From: Dehalococcoidia bacterium
GTDB taxonomy: Bacteria; Chloroflexota; Dehalococcoidia; Lucifugimonadales; JAGWBF01
DNA length: 64,000 bases
Assembly (NCBI GenBank): GCA_965247295.1
Contig: CBDFGQ010000008.1
Coordinates: forward strand, 578,227 to 642,226
Direction: 5' to 3'
Made by a program: the position numbers and the translations under genes. Shown piece by piece: positions 42,390 through 52,591 of the stretch. Every line of letters starts with the position of its first letter. Positions within the stretch are counted from its first letter, which is position 1. The notes under the pieces are model-generated. The model saw only the letters and a list, made by a program, of their open reading frames with translations, was not told where the DNA came from and searched no databases.

Positions 42390-42658
42390 ATCCCGGTAGG
42401 TCTTACTCCAGCATCAGGAATCTGCGCTGGGGCATGAGCCGTGAATACTGAGACACTTCCTAGCGGCACAAAACAGATGATCAATATTAACGACCGGATA
42501 AATCGAAGTGGTTACACGACTGTTCCCTCTGCCCTGTGGATGATTCCTCTCCGCGACAAGCCGACCCTCCCGTCCGACCCCTAGCTCCGCCGCTTAAGTC
42601 CCGTCACAGGCGTGCTGGCCCTATGACTGGCCCAGTTTACCCGTTATTAGGTCCGAAT

Positions 42659-43758
42659 ATGAACAACTGTACAGTGATTATTTGTATAGACGGGCTTGAC
42701 CCTGAGTACCTTGAAGCAGGGGAATGCCCAATCTTAGGGAGCTATCGAAGAAGGGATTTCACAAAACGGGCCGGTGTATGATGCCGTCGGTGACGAACGT
42801 AAACAACGTCTCCCTCATCACCGCCAGTTATCCGGAAACACACGGCATATGCTCGAACTTCTGGTTCGACCCTGGGATGGGGGAAGGGACCTACGTCGAA
42901 TCAGGAAAGGATATCCTGGCAGAAACCATCTTTCAGAGAGCCCGGCAACTGGAAATGACCTCCATACTAGTCACGTCCAAAGATAAGCTGCGTACATTGC
43001 TGGGAGACGGGTCCACGGTCACCGTCTCCTCGGAACAACCTCCGGACTGGTTGATTTCGGGCGTCGGCCCATCCCCCGACATATACTCCCTGGAGGTCAA
43101 CGGCTGGGCTGTAAAATCGGCAAGCTATATCATGTCGAAGCACCCTGCCGAACTCGTATACATCACGACCACTGACTACGCCATGCACACCTACGGGCCG
43201 GACCATCCCCAGTCCCAGAAGCATCTTTCAATCTTGGACGAGGCCATAGGTGATCTGGTGTCGGCCCACCCAGGCATCACCCTACTGGTCACCGCGGATC
43301 ACGGTATGTCTTGCAAGTCTCGGATGGTGGACCTTAAGCACATTCTGGAAAGCCACCACATCAGGTCGATCACGGTCCCTATAATCAAGGACCGATACGT
43401 GGTGCACCATTCCAATCTGGGAGGGTGCATGTACGTTTATCTTCAGCCCCGCGACCTTGCCGAAGCCCTGAAAGTGATCAGGGAAACGCCTGGGGTCGAG
43501 GATGCCATCTCCAGGGAAGAAGCGGTGGCGAAATTCAGGCTATACGGCGAGCGCATCGGCGATTTCGTCGTGACAGGGGAACAGGATGTAGTATTCGGGG
43601 ACGCGACGGAGGTGAAGATGCCGCCCAACCTGCGTACCCATGGCTCCACCCACGAGGGCCAGGTCCCAGTGATAGGGTACAATGGCGACTTCGCCGGGTT
43701 TTCCTTTGAGGAAAACCGGGACATCGGCCGGTATGTCTTCGAAAAGGCACTGGCATAG
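42659..43758 (+). CDS. phnA: Phosphonoacetate hydrolase-like (alkaline phosphatase superfamily), 1-nt frameshift at ~42724
   Basis: IICIDG, PSVTNVNN, TTTDYAMH, TADHGM, DRYVVHH, LRTHGS. Confidence 0.8.
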
Positions 43759-43864
43759 CCGAGCCGGGAGGAGCGATATGAATAGCTCCGTGATCTTAGG
43801 TCAAGGCACTCTTTGAAGCCCTAGATCCCGGGATCATCAATCTCAAGCTAAGAGGGTGAAAACT

Positions 43865-44866
43865 ATGACTTTGGGGAACAGAGTCACTCCGGTAGATCGA
43901 CTCCGGGCGCTTAGACGATGTATCACCACTAAAGGATACGCTAGGATTCTTGAGGTCCACAGCGGGTTGAGTGGCATCATAGCAGAGAGCGCTAAAGTCC
44001 AGCAGGACGGACAGCTGATCGAGTACGATGGCCTTTGGGAAAGCAGTTTGACGGACTCCGGGACCAAGGGGCTACCGGACGCCTCGATCGTCGGCCCGGA
44101 CTCTCGGGCCCACACCATCGACGAGATCCTAAATGTGACTACCAAGCCAATCATGGTCGATGGCGACACTGGCGGTGATACCACCCAGTTCGAGTACCTG
44201 GTCAGGCGCCTCGAGCGCCTTGGAGTGTCGGCGGTGGTGGTCGAAGACAAAGTGTATCCCAAGCGTAACAGTCTGGAAGCCTCCGCCAGCCAAGAGCTCG
44301 AGGATCCAGCCGTCTTCGCGGAAAAGATCGAGGCTGGGAAAGCGGTCGCCCTCTCCGATGATTTCATGATCATCGCCCGCTTGGAAAGCTTGATCGCTGG
44401 AACGGGGTTACGCGATGCTGTGGAAAGGGCGGAGCGGTATATACAGGCGGGGGCGGATGGTATCATGATCCACTCATACAAACAGAGACCGGATGAGGTA
44501 CTCGCATTTGCGGAAATCTATGAAGGAATTTGCCGAAGACTGGGCCGGCGACCCATCCTCGTTAGTGTCCCAACGACATATAACTCAATCACGGATGCTG
44601 AGCTCGCCGCCCATGGTTTTAACGTCATCATCCACGCCAATCACCTTCTCAGGGCTGCCTACAAGGCCATGGTCCAGGCCGCGAGTATGATTCTCACCAG
44701 CGGACGTAGCCTTGAAGCAGACCCTTTGTGCGCCACTGTACCGGAGATATTCTCTTGCGTTGGTCTCGACCGTATCTCCCAAAGAGACCGGGTGCGCTCA
44801 CGGGCCCCACGGTTCGTCGGGAGATCGGAAGACGCAGCCGCCCTGCCACAGGGACACACCCGCTAG
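43865..44866 (+). CDS. pepM: Phosphoenolpyruvate mutase
   Basis: Diagnostic EDKVYPKRNS motif; WESS, DGDTGG, IARLES. Confidence 0.92.
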   Translation: MTLGNRVTPVDRLRALRRCITTKGYARILEVHSGLSGIIAESAKVQQDGQLIEYDGLWESSLTDSGTKGLPDASIVGPDSRAHTIDEILNVTTKPIMVDGDTGGDTTQFEYLVRRLERLGVSAVVVEDKVYPKRNSLEASASQELEDPAVFAEKIEAGKAVALSDDFMIIARLESLIAGTGLRDAVERAERYIQAGADGIMIHSYKQRPDEVLAFAEIYEGICRRLGRRPILVSVPTTYNSITDAELAAHGFNVIIHANHLLRAAYKAMVQAASMILTSGRSLEADPLCATVPEIFSCVGLDRISQRDRVRSRAPRFVGRSEDAAALPQGHTR

Positions 44867-44876
44867 GGTCGGAGCC

Positions 44877-45371
44877 ATGAGTCCCCAGATATTTTGGGAT
44901 GCCCTGAAGGCACGGGGCCTCACCTTTTTCGCCGGGGTGCCGGATTCTACATTTCAGCGGGCCTATGACGCCATGGTGCGGGACCCGGACATCCACTACG
45001 TGCCCGCTGTCCGAGAGGATGTCGCCCTGGGACTAGCGAGTGCCTCTTATTTCGCCGGTGGGTTGGGTGGCGTGGTAATGCAAAACTCCGGTATTGGGAA
45101 CATTGTGAACCCGTTGACCTCCTTCAGCTTGATGTACAAGATCCCGGTACTCCTTATAGTCGGGTGGCGTGGATATGGAGGTCCTCCCAACGATGCTCCA
45201 GAGCATTGGATCATGGGTGCAAAAACCCCAGATATCCTCGACCTTCTGGAGATCCCATATGAAATACTAGAGCCGAACAATCTAAGTACCGTACTTGATC
45301 GGCTTCTGTCGGCAATAAACGAGCAGTCCGTGCCAGGAGCGTTGTTGGTCCGCGCTGGGGTCATCGAGTGA
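44877..45371 (+). CDS. Phosphonopyruvate decarboxylase alpha subunit (ComD-like)
   Basis: GVPDS, MQNSGIGN..NPLTS, GWRG, PEH..MG. Confidence 0.88.
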   Translation: MSPQIFWDALKARGLTFFAGVPDSTFQRAYDAMVRDPDIHYVPAVREDVALGLASASYFAGGLGGVVMQNSGIGNIVNPLTSFSLMYKIPVLLIVGWRGYGGPPNDAPEHWIMGAKTPDILDLLEIPYEILEPNNLSTVLDRLLSAINEQSVPGALLVRAGVIE

Positions 45372-45940
45372 TCGACCGGTATAAAGCCATCGGGAAAATT
45401 ATAGAGCAGGTCGGAGCTGGTGACCTGGTCTTGAGCACCACAGGAATGATCTCACGCGAGGTGTTCGTAGCCAATGACAGGCCGGAAAACTTTTACATGA
45501 TCGGTTCTATGGGCCTGCTGTCCTCCTTTGGGCTGGGCGTGGCGCTGCTCAACCCGGAGAAACGGGTGTTCGTGCTGGAAGGGGACGGGAGCGCACTCAT
45601 GAGCCTTGGAACGTTGCCCCTGATCGCCACTGAGAACCCCAGCAATCTGTTCCACATCATTCTGGATAACGAAGCGTACGAGTCGACTGGAGCTCAACCA
45701 TCCATAAGTTCAGAGGTTGACCTCTCCACTGTGGGTAAGAGCTGCGGTTACAAGCATGTGGCTCGAGTGGATGACATCGAGGGCCTCGAGAATGCCCTGT
45801 TGGACTGCGATATCGGCCATGGTCCTTATATGATCCTGGTAAAGGCCGCTATCGCCCCAGTTCCAGGCATTCCCCGGGTTTCCCACTCCCCCACAGATAT
45901 TCGGGACAGGTTCAGGAGCGGCATCCGAGGCGGAGACTGA
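45368..45940 (+). CDS. Phosphonopyruvate decarboxylase beta subunit (ComE-like)
   Basis: TTGMISRE, FYMIGSMG, GDG..M, DN..YESTGAQP TPP motif. Confidence 0.88.
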   Translation: MIDRYKAIGKIIEQVGAGDLVLSTTGMISREVFVANDRPENFYMIGSMGLLSSFGLGVALLNPEKRVFVLEGDGSALMSLGTLPLIATENPSNLFHIILDNEAYESTGAQPSISSEVDLSTVGKSCGYKHVARVDDIEGLENALLDCDIGHGPYMILVKAAIAPVPGIPRVSHSPTDIRDRFRSGIRGGD

Positions 45941-45945
45941 AAGCG

Positions 45946-47016
45946 ATGCTCATACTGTCACCAGGTCCGGCAAATATCTCAGAGCGAGTTCGTCGGGCAC
46001 TTACCAATCCGGACATAGGCCATCGGGAGCCCGAATTCTCGTCATTGCTCGGGGACACAAAGTCCCTGCTTCTGGAGATATGCGGCGTTCCCCAGGGGTA
46101 TGCCTGTGCGGTGCTGAGCGGGTCGGGGACCACGGCGATCGAGGCCAGCATTACATCCCTCCGCGACGTCACTAGCGGAGTCCTAATACTCTCCAACGGC
46201 GTGTATGGAGAACGAGCGGCCCAGATAGCTCAGGTATACGGGGTGCCTTATACGCTAGAGAACTTCGAATGGACCCTCCCCCTTCCCCTAGATCAGGTTG
46301 AGGATTCTATTGGCGCCTCACCTCATGACGCGGTCTACCTCATCCACCACGAGACCACCACGGGTGTCTTGAACCCGTTGAGGGAGGTGGCCGAAATAGC
46401 AAGGCGTCACCATAAGTGGGTGCTGGTGGACGCCGTGAGTAGCGTGGCCGGCGAGGAACTGGACCTGTCGGGTTGGGGAGTTGACTTGATTGTCGGCTCA
46501 GCTAACAAATGCATCCGAGGGGTGCCAGGGGTCTCCTTTGCTGTCCTTTCCAAGGATCTGGTGGAGGCGATTTCGAAACGCCGCCAGGTGGCGTACTCCA
46601 CGGACCTGCTCACCACTCTCAGCAAAGAGGACGAGGGAGAAACTCCCTTCACCCCACCGGTCCAGACGATGTATGCCCTTCGAGAAGCCTTGCTAGAGCT
46701 GGCCGAAGGCGGTGTCCAGAACCGCATCGCCGGCTACCGGAGCATCGCACAGACCCTCCGCGACGGGCTCTCCTCACTTGAACTTACTTTCCTGGTCCTT
46801 CGTGAGCATCTTTCCAACACCATGACTTCGGTGATGCTGCCAGAAGGCTTTTCTTACCCAACGTTGCATGATTCCCTCAAAGAATTAGGGTACGTGATCT
46901 ACAAGTCCCAGGGGCACCTTAGCAAGACGACCTTCCGCCTTGGTACCGTCGGGCTAATCAGCCAGAACGACATCCATGACTTCCTGAACGCGTTAGGGCA
47001 GGTGCTACGCCGCTGA
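45946..47016 (+). CDS. 2-aminoethylphosphonate transaminase (class V PLP; PhnW/AepZ-like)
   Basis: PGP, GSGT, NGVYGER, HHETTTG, DAVSS, SANKC, TPFTPP. Confidence 0.88.
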   Translation: MLILSPGPANISERVRRALTNPDIGHREPEFSSLLGDTKSLLLEICGVPQGYACAVLSGSGTTAIEASITSLRDVTSGVLILSNGVYGERAAQIAQVYGVPYTLENFEWTLPLPLDQVEDSIGASPHDAVYLIHHETTTGVLNPLREVAEIARRHHKWVLVDAVSSVAGEELDLSGWGVDLIVGSANKCIRGVPGVSFAVLSKDLVEAISKRRQVAYSTDLLTTLSKEDEGETPFTPPVQTMYALREALLELAEGGVQNRIAGYRSIAQTLRDGLSSLELTFLVLREHLSNTMTSVMLPEGFSYPTLHDSLKELGYVIYKSQGHLSKTTFRLGTVGLISQNDIHDFLNALGQVLRR

Positions 47017-47240
47017 GACGTTAGTTCCCCACGCCGGACCTGATATTCAGTTCGGGTATGGTCGCCCCAATCGTATAGATCCTTGACTCTCTTCAGACGG
47101 CGTTACAGTTTCCTCTTTTGCTCTTCATGGTCATCGTAAGGAGCTTCCAGTTTACGGCGTGCCATCAGGATGCCCTCCTGTTAGTCCTTGGGGATGTGGA
47201 AGGTGGTTAGGTAGGCCCGCACCTGGTCGGGCTCGGACAG
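47014..47240 (-). pseudogene. Remnant of large serine recombinase C-terminal coiled-coil
   Basis: QVRAYLTTFHIPKD*QEGIL..RKL*RRLKRVKDLYDWGDHTRTEYQVRR, two stops. Confidence 0.55.
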
Positions 47241-47341
47241 GCCGCCAATGAGCGTACGCAATTCTAAAACGCACCTCCACAGCGGGGCGCCATCATCGTG
47301 AGAGATTGACGCGACGGCCACTTGATGACATAGTGCCTGTA

Positions 47342-48439
47342 ATGGTTCCGTTGGCGATTCCGGCAGGCTTCGACGAGATCACGCCTGCGTGGTTGACCGA
47401 GGCGCTTCACTCCGGGGGAACGGCAAGCAGTGGGTCCGTGATCTCCATCGACGCCGGGGCGGTGGGCGAAGATAAGGGGTTCATGAGCCAGGTCGTGCGC
47501 CTGACGCTGGAGTACGACATGTACCAGGACGACCTGCCTCGTACCCTGATAGCCAAGCTTCCGTCCACTGATCCAACCATCAAGGCCCTAGCCAACGTGC
47601 TGGGCGGCTACAGGCGCGAGGTCAGGTTTTACGAGGAGATCGCAACCAGGGTCGGCATCCGCACCCCGGACCGCTACTACAGCGCAACGGACCCGCAAAC
47701 CGGGCGCACAGTTCTGCTCCTCCAGGACCTGTCCCAGACTCGGCTGGGGGACAGCCTGGCCGGATGCTCTCTCGACGAGGCCCGACTGGTCATCCGACTC
47801 TTGGCCAGGGTCCATGCTTCGTGGTGGGACAGCCTCCGCCTGGGGCGGCTCAACTGGATGCCCTTGAAGAGTGCAGACGCTGGGCTCTACCAAAGGATAT
47901 ACTCCCGTTCGTGGCCCATATTCGTCGAAAAGGCCGGCAAGGGTATGCCCGATTCCCTTCTCCGAATCGGCGAGAGTCTGGGGCCCCATATCCCGCAGAT
48001 AAGGGACCGGCTTGGTGATCGTCCCCACACGATAGTCCACGGCGACTATCGCCTGGACAACCTCTTCTTCGACGCCCCAGATGGCGATCGTCCTCTGGTG
48101 GTCTTCGACTGGGAGTTCTGCTCACGGGGCAGAGGGACCTATGATGTGGCCACATTTATCTCCGAGTCCTTTCCACCGGAGGTGCGCAGGAAAGAGGAGA
48201 TGGACCTCCTGCGCATGTATCACGCGCTTCTGAAGGAGGGTGGAGTCGGGGACTACTCCTTCGACCAGTGTCTGCGGGACTACAGGCTTTCGATGCTGGA
48301 TATCTTCCTCTTCTGGATAGTCGTAGGCGGGTATTGCGACTATGAGGGTGAGCGCGCAACCATGTATCTGCACAACTCGTTGGAACGCTTCGACGCGGCG
48401 ATAGCCGACCTCCGCTCCGTCGAGCTGCTCTCCGAATAA
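47342..48439 (+). CDS. APH/choline-kinase-like (EcKL/DUF1679-type) phosphotransferase
   Basis: REVRFY, HGDYRLDN, DWE. Confidence 0.88.
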   Translation: MVPLAIPAGFDEITPAWLTEALHSGGTASSGSVISIDAGAVGEDKGFMSQVVRLTLEYDMYQDDLPRTLIAKLPSTDPTIKALANVLGGYRREVRFYEEIATRVGIRTPDRYYSATDPQTGRTVLLLQDLSQTRLGDSLAGCSLDEARLVIRLLARVHASWWDSLRLGRLNWMPLKSADAGLYQRIYSRSWPIFVEKAGKGMPDSLLRIGESLGPHIPQIRDRLGDRPHTIVHGDYRLDNLFFDAPDGDRPLVVFDWEFCSRGRGTYDVATFISESFPPEVRRKEEMDLLRMYHALLKEGGVGDYSFDQCLRDYRLSMLDIFLFWIVVGGYCDYEGERATMYLHNSLERFDAAIADLRSVELLSE

Positions 48440-48627
48440 TTGTATGTCTGTAGGCAGCTACACCCTGACCCAGGACACGGAGCTACGCGTAGATATCATA
48501 GCCGTTCTCACGTTCAAGCCACAGACTAGCGGGAGGAAGCCTTGGAGGAGGTCCTGCCTGATCTCATGTACACACCCGTAGACGGAACCTCAGTGCTATA
48601 ATACTTAGCAATCGAGGAGGAGAGCAG

Positions 48628-50031
48628 ATGGCAGATAAAGATATCGCTCTGATGGCTCACCTGATGCGGCGCGCCGGATTCGGAGCCAAGTATGATGAGC
48701 TGGAAGGCCGAACGGCAAAGGGGTACGAGGTAATGGTGGAGGAACTCCTCCATCCCGATGACAATCCGAATGGCCTGGAATTGGACCTAGCGGAACGGTA
48801 CTTCATCGAATGGAATCATTTCACCCGAGGCGTACCGGAATACTTTATGTGGAGAATGATAAACTCGAAGGCCCAGTTGGAAGAGAAGATGGTCCTCTTC
48901 TGGCACGGCGTCCTCTGCACCTCCGACAGCAAGACTCAGAACTACGGCACGTCTTATGTGGAATTGGAGATGTTCCGCCGCTACGGGATGGGCAGCTTCA
49001 GGGACCTTCTGGTCGAGATTTCCAGAGACCCAGCCATGGTGTACTTCCTGGACAACTGTCTGAGCCACAAAGGTGCCATCAACGAGAACTACGGACGAGA
49101 GTTGCTGGAGTTATTCTCCATGGGTGTGGGCATGGACGGCCAGTTCAACTACACCGAGGACGACGTGAAGGAGTGCTCTCGGGCCTTTACCGGCTGGACC
49201 ATTGCCAACCCAATCCCGGCGCAACCCTACGGCCGTTATGACGCACGGTTCGTTTATAACCCATACGACCACGATGACGGGGTCAAGACCTTCCTTGGCG
49301 AGACCGGCCGCTTCAATGGCGAAGATATCATTGACATCATTGTCAAGCAGCCGGCCACGGCCCGATTCCTCTCCCGTCACCTGTACAAATACTTCGTGGC
49401 CGACGATGCTCAGGTGCCGGCCTGGAAGGACACCCCACCGCAGGACCCGGAAACGATAAGAATGCTGGAAGAAGAGTACTTCCGGTCCGGTTACAACATC
49501 CGTTCCATGCTGCGGGTGCTGTTCAACTCCGACGCCTTCAAGAATGCCCGCTTCTCCAGGATAAAGAGTCCGGTGGAGACAGTCGTAGGCACGTTACGCC
49601 TGATCGGCGATTGGACGTCTCCCAAACCCGGCTTTGAGTTCATCTTCGACGAAATGAAATTCATGGGGCAGGAGCCATTGAACCCACCTTCAGTAGAAGG
49701 CTGGCATACGGGGGAGGAGTGGATCGACGGTGGGACACTGGTACACCGCATTAACTTCACTGCCGACTTCGTGGGTAATACAAACTTCCCGGGGATACAG
49801 GAAATAATCAACAGACTGGCTTCTGACGAGGCTACCATTTCTCCGGAGGGCCTGGTGGACGGCTGCCTCCAGATGTTGGGGCATTACGAATTGGCCGATG
49901 AGACCCGCCGCATGCTGGTGGCTCACGCCCAAAAGCGTGGTGAGTTGCACACCAACACCGAGGAGTTCCCACAGCAAGTTGGCCAGATGCTTCAGATGAT
50001 AGTAGCTACCAAGGAATACCTTTATGCCTAG
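48628..50031 (+). CDS. DUF1800 family protein
   Basis: HLMRRAGFG, EKMVLFWH, DPAM..LDN, NENYGRELLELF, RAFTGW, PPSVEGW. Confidence 0.9.
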   Translation: MADKDIALMAHLMRRAGFGAKYDELEGRTAKGYEVMVEELLHPDDNPNGLELDLAERYFIEWNHFTRGVPEYFMWRMINSKAQLEEKMVLFWHGVLCTSDSKTQNYGTSYVELEMFRRYGMGSFRDLLVEISRDPAMVYFLDNCLSHKGAINENYGRELLELFSMGVGMDGQFNYTEDDVKECSRAFTGWTIANPIPAQPYGRYDARFVYNPYDHDDGVKTFLGETGRFNGEDIIDIIVKQPATARFLSRHLYKYFVADDAQVPAWKDTPPQDPETIRMLEEEYFRSGYNIRSMLRVLFNSDAFKNARFSRIKSPVETVVGTLRLIGDWTSPKPGFEFIFDEMKFMGQEPLNPPSVEGWHTGEEWIDGGTLVHRINFTADFVGNTNFPGIQEIINRLASDEATISPEGLVDGCLQMLGHYELADETRRMLVAHAQKRGELHTNTEEFPQQVGQMLQMIVATKEYLYA

Positions 50032-50106
50032 CCGCAGCCCTCGGCTGTTGGGACCTACCCATCAGGAGACTGAGAGACAAATCCTCATTTTGGGAAGGAG
50101 GAAATC

Positions 50107-51243
50107 ATGACGTCCAACAAGAAGGACCCGGTGCTGGTGGTACTTCAGTTGTCGGGTGCCTACGACGCCCTGAACACCATCGTCCCCTATACCGACCCCT
50201 TGTATATTGACTACCGGCCGGTGTTGAAGGTAGAGCCGGACCAGGTCCTGGCAATCGATGACAAGGTCGGGTTCAACCCAACCATGGCGCCGATAAAGGA
50301 GTTGTACGACCAGGGGAAAGTTGCCGTCATTCAGGGTATCGGCTATCCCAACCCCATCCGCTCTCACTTCCGCTCTATGGATATCTGGCATACCGCCGAG
50401 CCCGAGAAAATGGTCACGGAAGGATGGCTGGGCCGGGCCATCCGGGACCTGGACCCCCACAAAGAGAATGTGCTGACCGCAGTAAACTTTGGCCGTGGCC
50501 TCCCGAGGGCCCTTGCTGCCCCTGGAGTTTCGGTGGCCTCAGTAGGCAACCTAGAGACCTACGGGGTGCTGACCGGACTAAAGGGCGAAGACCAGAGGAC
50601 TGAGGCCCTGGATATATTCGCCAGAATGTACTCTCCCATGATCGGCAGCGGCCCAGTGAACGATTACCTGTCTCAGACCGGATTGGACGCTTTGAAGGGA
50701 GCCGACATCCTCAGTATGGCGCCTCAGAACTACTCCTCCACTGTGGAGTACAACGGGGACCCCTTTTCTCAATGGGTGAAGAACATCGCTCAGGTGCATC
50801 TGTCGGACTTTGGAACCAGGATTCTTTACACCCGCCTTGACCCCGGCGCCTTCGATACCCACGCCAACCAGTCAACCCTCTTCCCCAAGCTCTGGTCCGA
50901 GGTTTCCAACGCCCTAAGCGACCTTTATCAGGACCTGAAGGAGCACCACGCCAACGACGAGGTGGTGATTTTGATGTTCAGCGAGTTCGGCCGGCGGGTG
51001 CAGGAGAACGGCTCGGGAACGGACCACGGCTCGGGTAGCGTGGCCTTTGTGATCGGCGACTCTGTAAAGGGTGGCACCTACGGAGAGTATCCTTCACTGG
51101 AGCCGGGTAAGCTGGACGAGGGCGACCTTCAGTGGAACAACGACTTCCGTGGCACCTACGCCACGCTGTTGGAGAAATGGATGGGTCTTGACTCCCTTCC
51201 CATTCTTGGGGGATCCTTCGAGCAGTTTGACTTCATCAAGTGA
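50107..51243 (+). CDS. DUF1501 family protein
   Basis: LVVLQL.G..D, RSHF, FDTH, SEFGR, GTDHG. Confidence 0.9.
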   Translation: MTSNKKDPVLVVLQLSGAYDALNTIVPYTDPLYIDYRPVLKVEPDQVLAIDDKVGFNPTMAPIKELYDQGKVAVIQGIGYPNPIRSHFRSMDIWHTAEPEKMVTEGWLGRAIRDLDPHKENVLTAVNFGRGLPRALAAPGVSVASVGNLETYGVLTGLKGEDQRTEALDIFARMYSPMIGSGPVNDYLSQTGLDALKGADILSMAPQNYSSTVEYNGDPFSQWVKNIAQVHLSDFGTRILYTRLDPGAFDTHANQSTLFPKLWSEVSNALSDLYQDLKEHHANDEVVILMFSEFGRRVQENGSGTDHGSGSVAFVIGDSVKGGTYGEYPSLEPGKLDEGDLQWNNDFRGTYATLLEKWMGLDSLPILGGSFEQFDFIK

Positions 51244-51315
51244 CAACATGAGCCCTCACCGTCTGGTTTTTTTGGGTTCAGTCACCTATGGAATATGAGA
51301 CCATTGTGAGGAAAA

Positions 51316-52356
51316 ATGGTTACTGAGATAGCACCTGTAACATTCCAGTACAGCCACACCATCGGACGACAAGAAGTCCGGAGTGGGAACGGGTTCTTAC
51401 ATCCGGTGGCGATAGCCCGGGGCGAAGGAAACCTTCTGTACGTGCTAAGCCGTGGCACTGAGACTCCGGCTTTTTCCCCCGGCAAGCGGGTCACGGTTTT
51501 CACGGTGGACGAAGAGGTGGTAAGAGATTTCGGCCAAAAAGTGTCGCCGGAAGATGCGACACGCGAGTCCACTCCCGATGGCAGCTTCATGTGGCCCACA
51601 TCCGTGGCGCTTGACTCCGAGAGCAACGTCTACGTTGCCGATGAGTGGCTCAACCGAATCTCCATGTTTACCAAGGACGGGGAGTGGATCGGCAAATGGG
51701 GGATGCCCGGCGATGGAGACGGCGAAATTAACCGCCCTTCCGGGCTGGCCTTCGATGCTGATGACAACCTGTACATGGTGGACAGCCTAAATAACCGGGT
51801 CCAGGTGTTGACAAAAGAGGGTAAGTTCTTATCCAAGTGGGGGACGGCCGGCAGCGGTGACGGCGAGTTTAGCATTCCCTGGGGCATAGAAATCGACAAG
51901 AATGGGGACGTATACATCGCCGACTGGCGAAACGACCGCATTCAAAAATTCGCCCCGGACGGCCGGTTCCTGCTGAAGTTCGGCACGTCGGGACAGGGTG
52001 ATGGGGAGTTCAACCGGCCCACCGGAGTCGCCGTTGACAAGGATGGAACCATTTACGTCACCGACTTCAAAAACGACCGCCTTCAAGTGTTCGACGCGGA
52101 AGGCAGTTTCATCACCAAGCTGACCGGCGAGGCAACACTGTCGCAGTGGGGAAAGGAACGCGTGGAGCTGGATCCGTTTGCAGTGAAAGGGAGGGAGATC
52201 GCCCAGGGTCTGCACGAACGCGAGAAGGCTTTTCAGGGGCCCATTGCAGTAGAAGTCGATGATGAGGGCCGGGTCTTCGTAGTGGAGTCCACCCGCCATC
52301 GCCTCCAGGTCTTCCGCAAGCAGTCCGCCATCTTCCAGGGCGGTCTCCTGGGGTAG
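51316..52356 (+). CDS. NHL-repeat beta-propeller protein
   Basis: Repeated GEF..P.G.A.D..G..Y.AD..N.R.Q.F. Confidence 0.9.
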   Translation: MVTEIAPVTFQYSHTIGRQEVRSGNGFLHPVAIARGEGNLLYVLSRGTETPAFSPGKRVTVFTVDEEVVRDFGQKVSPEDATRESTPDGSFMWPTSVALDSESNVYVADEWLNRISMFTKDGEWIGKWGMPGDGDGEINRPSGLAFDADDNLYMVDSLNNRVQVLTKEGKFLSKWGTAGSGDGEFSIPWGIEIDKNGDVYIADWRNDRIQKFAPDGRFLLKFGTSGQGDGEFNRPTGVAVDKDGTIYVTDFKNDRLQVFDAEGSFITKLTGEATLSQWGKERVELDPFAVKGREIAQGLHEREKAFQGPIAVEVDDEGRVFVVESTRHRLQVFRKQSAIFQGGLLG

Positions 52357-52591
52357 CCTCGAGGGAAAGAAAGCAGGCCCATCTTGGGGGTTCCGTTCGC
52401 TTGTGGTTGGTGCAAGGTCCCGGTGGCGTATATTAAACCACTCGTAGGCAGACGGAACCTACTTCAATATCTGTAGATACACAGTCTAATTGCACCATGC
52501 ATGAGTGCGTTAGGGCATCAGGCCGCCAGTAGCTCCACCCGGCAAAGCCCCTTGCGAGAGGAAGGGTCGCTCACGTAATGTTTCAGGATGC

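Noticed and set aside
44877-45940. Coenzyme M biosynthesis (comD/comE)
   Set aside because: Flanked by pepM and AEP transaminase; phosphonopyruvate decarboxylase is the better contextual call
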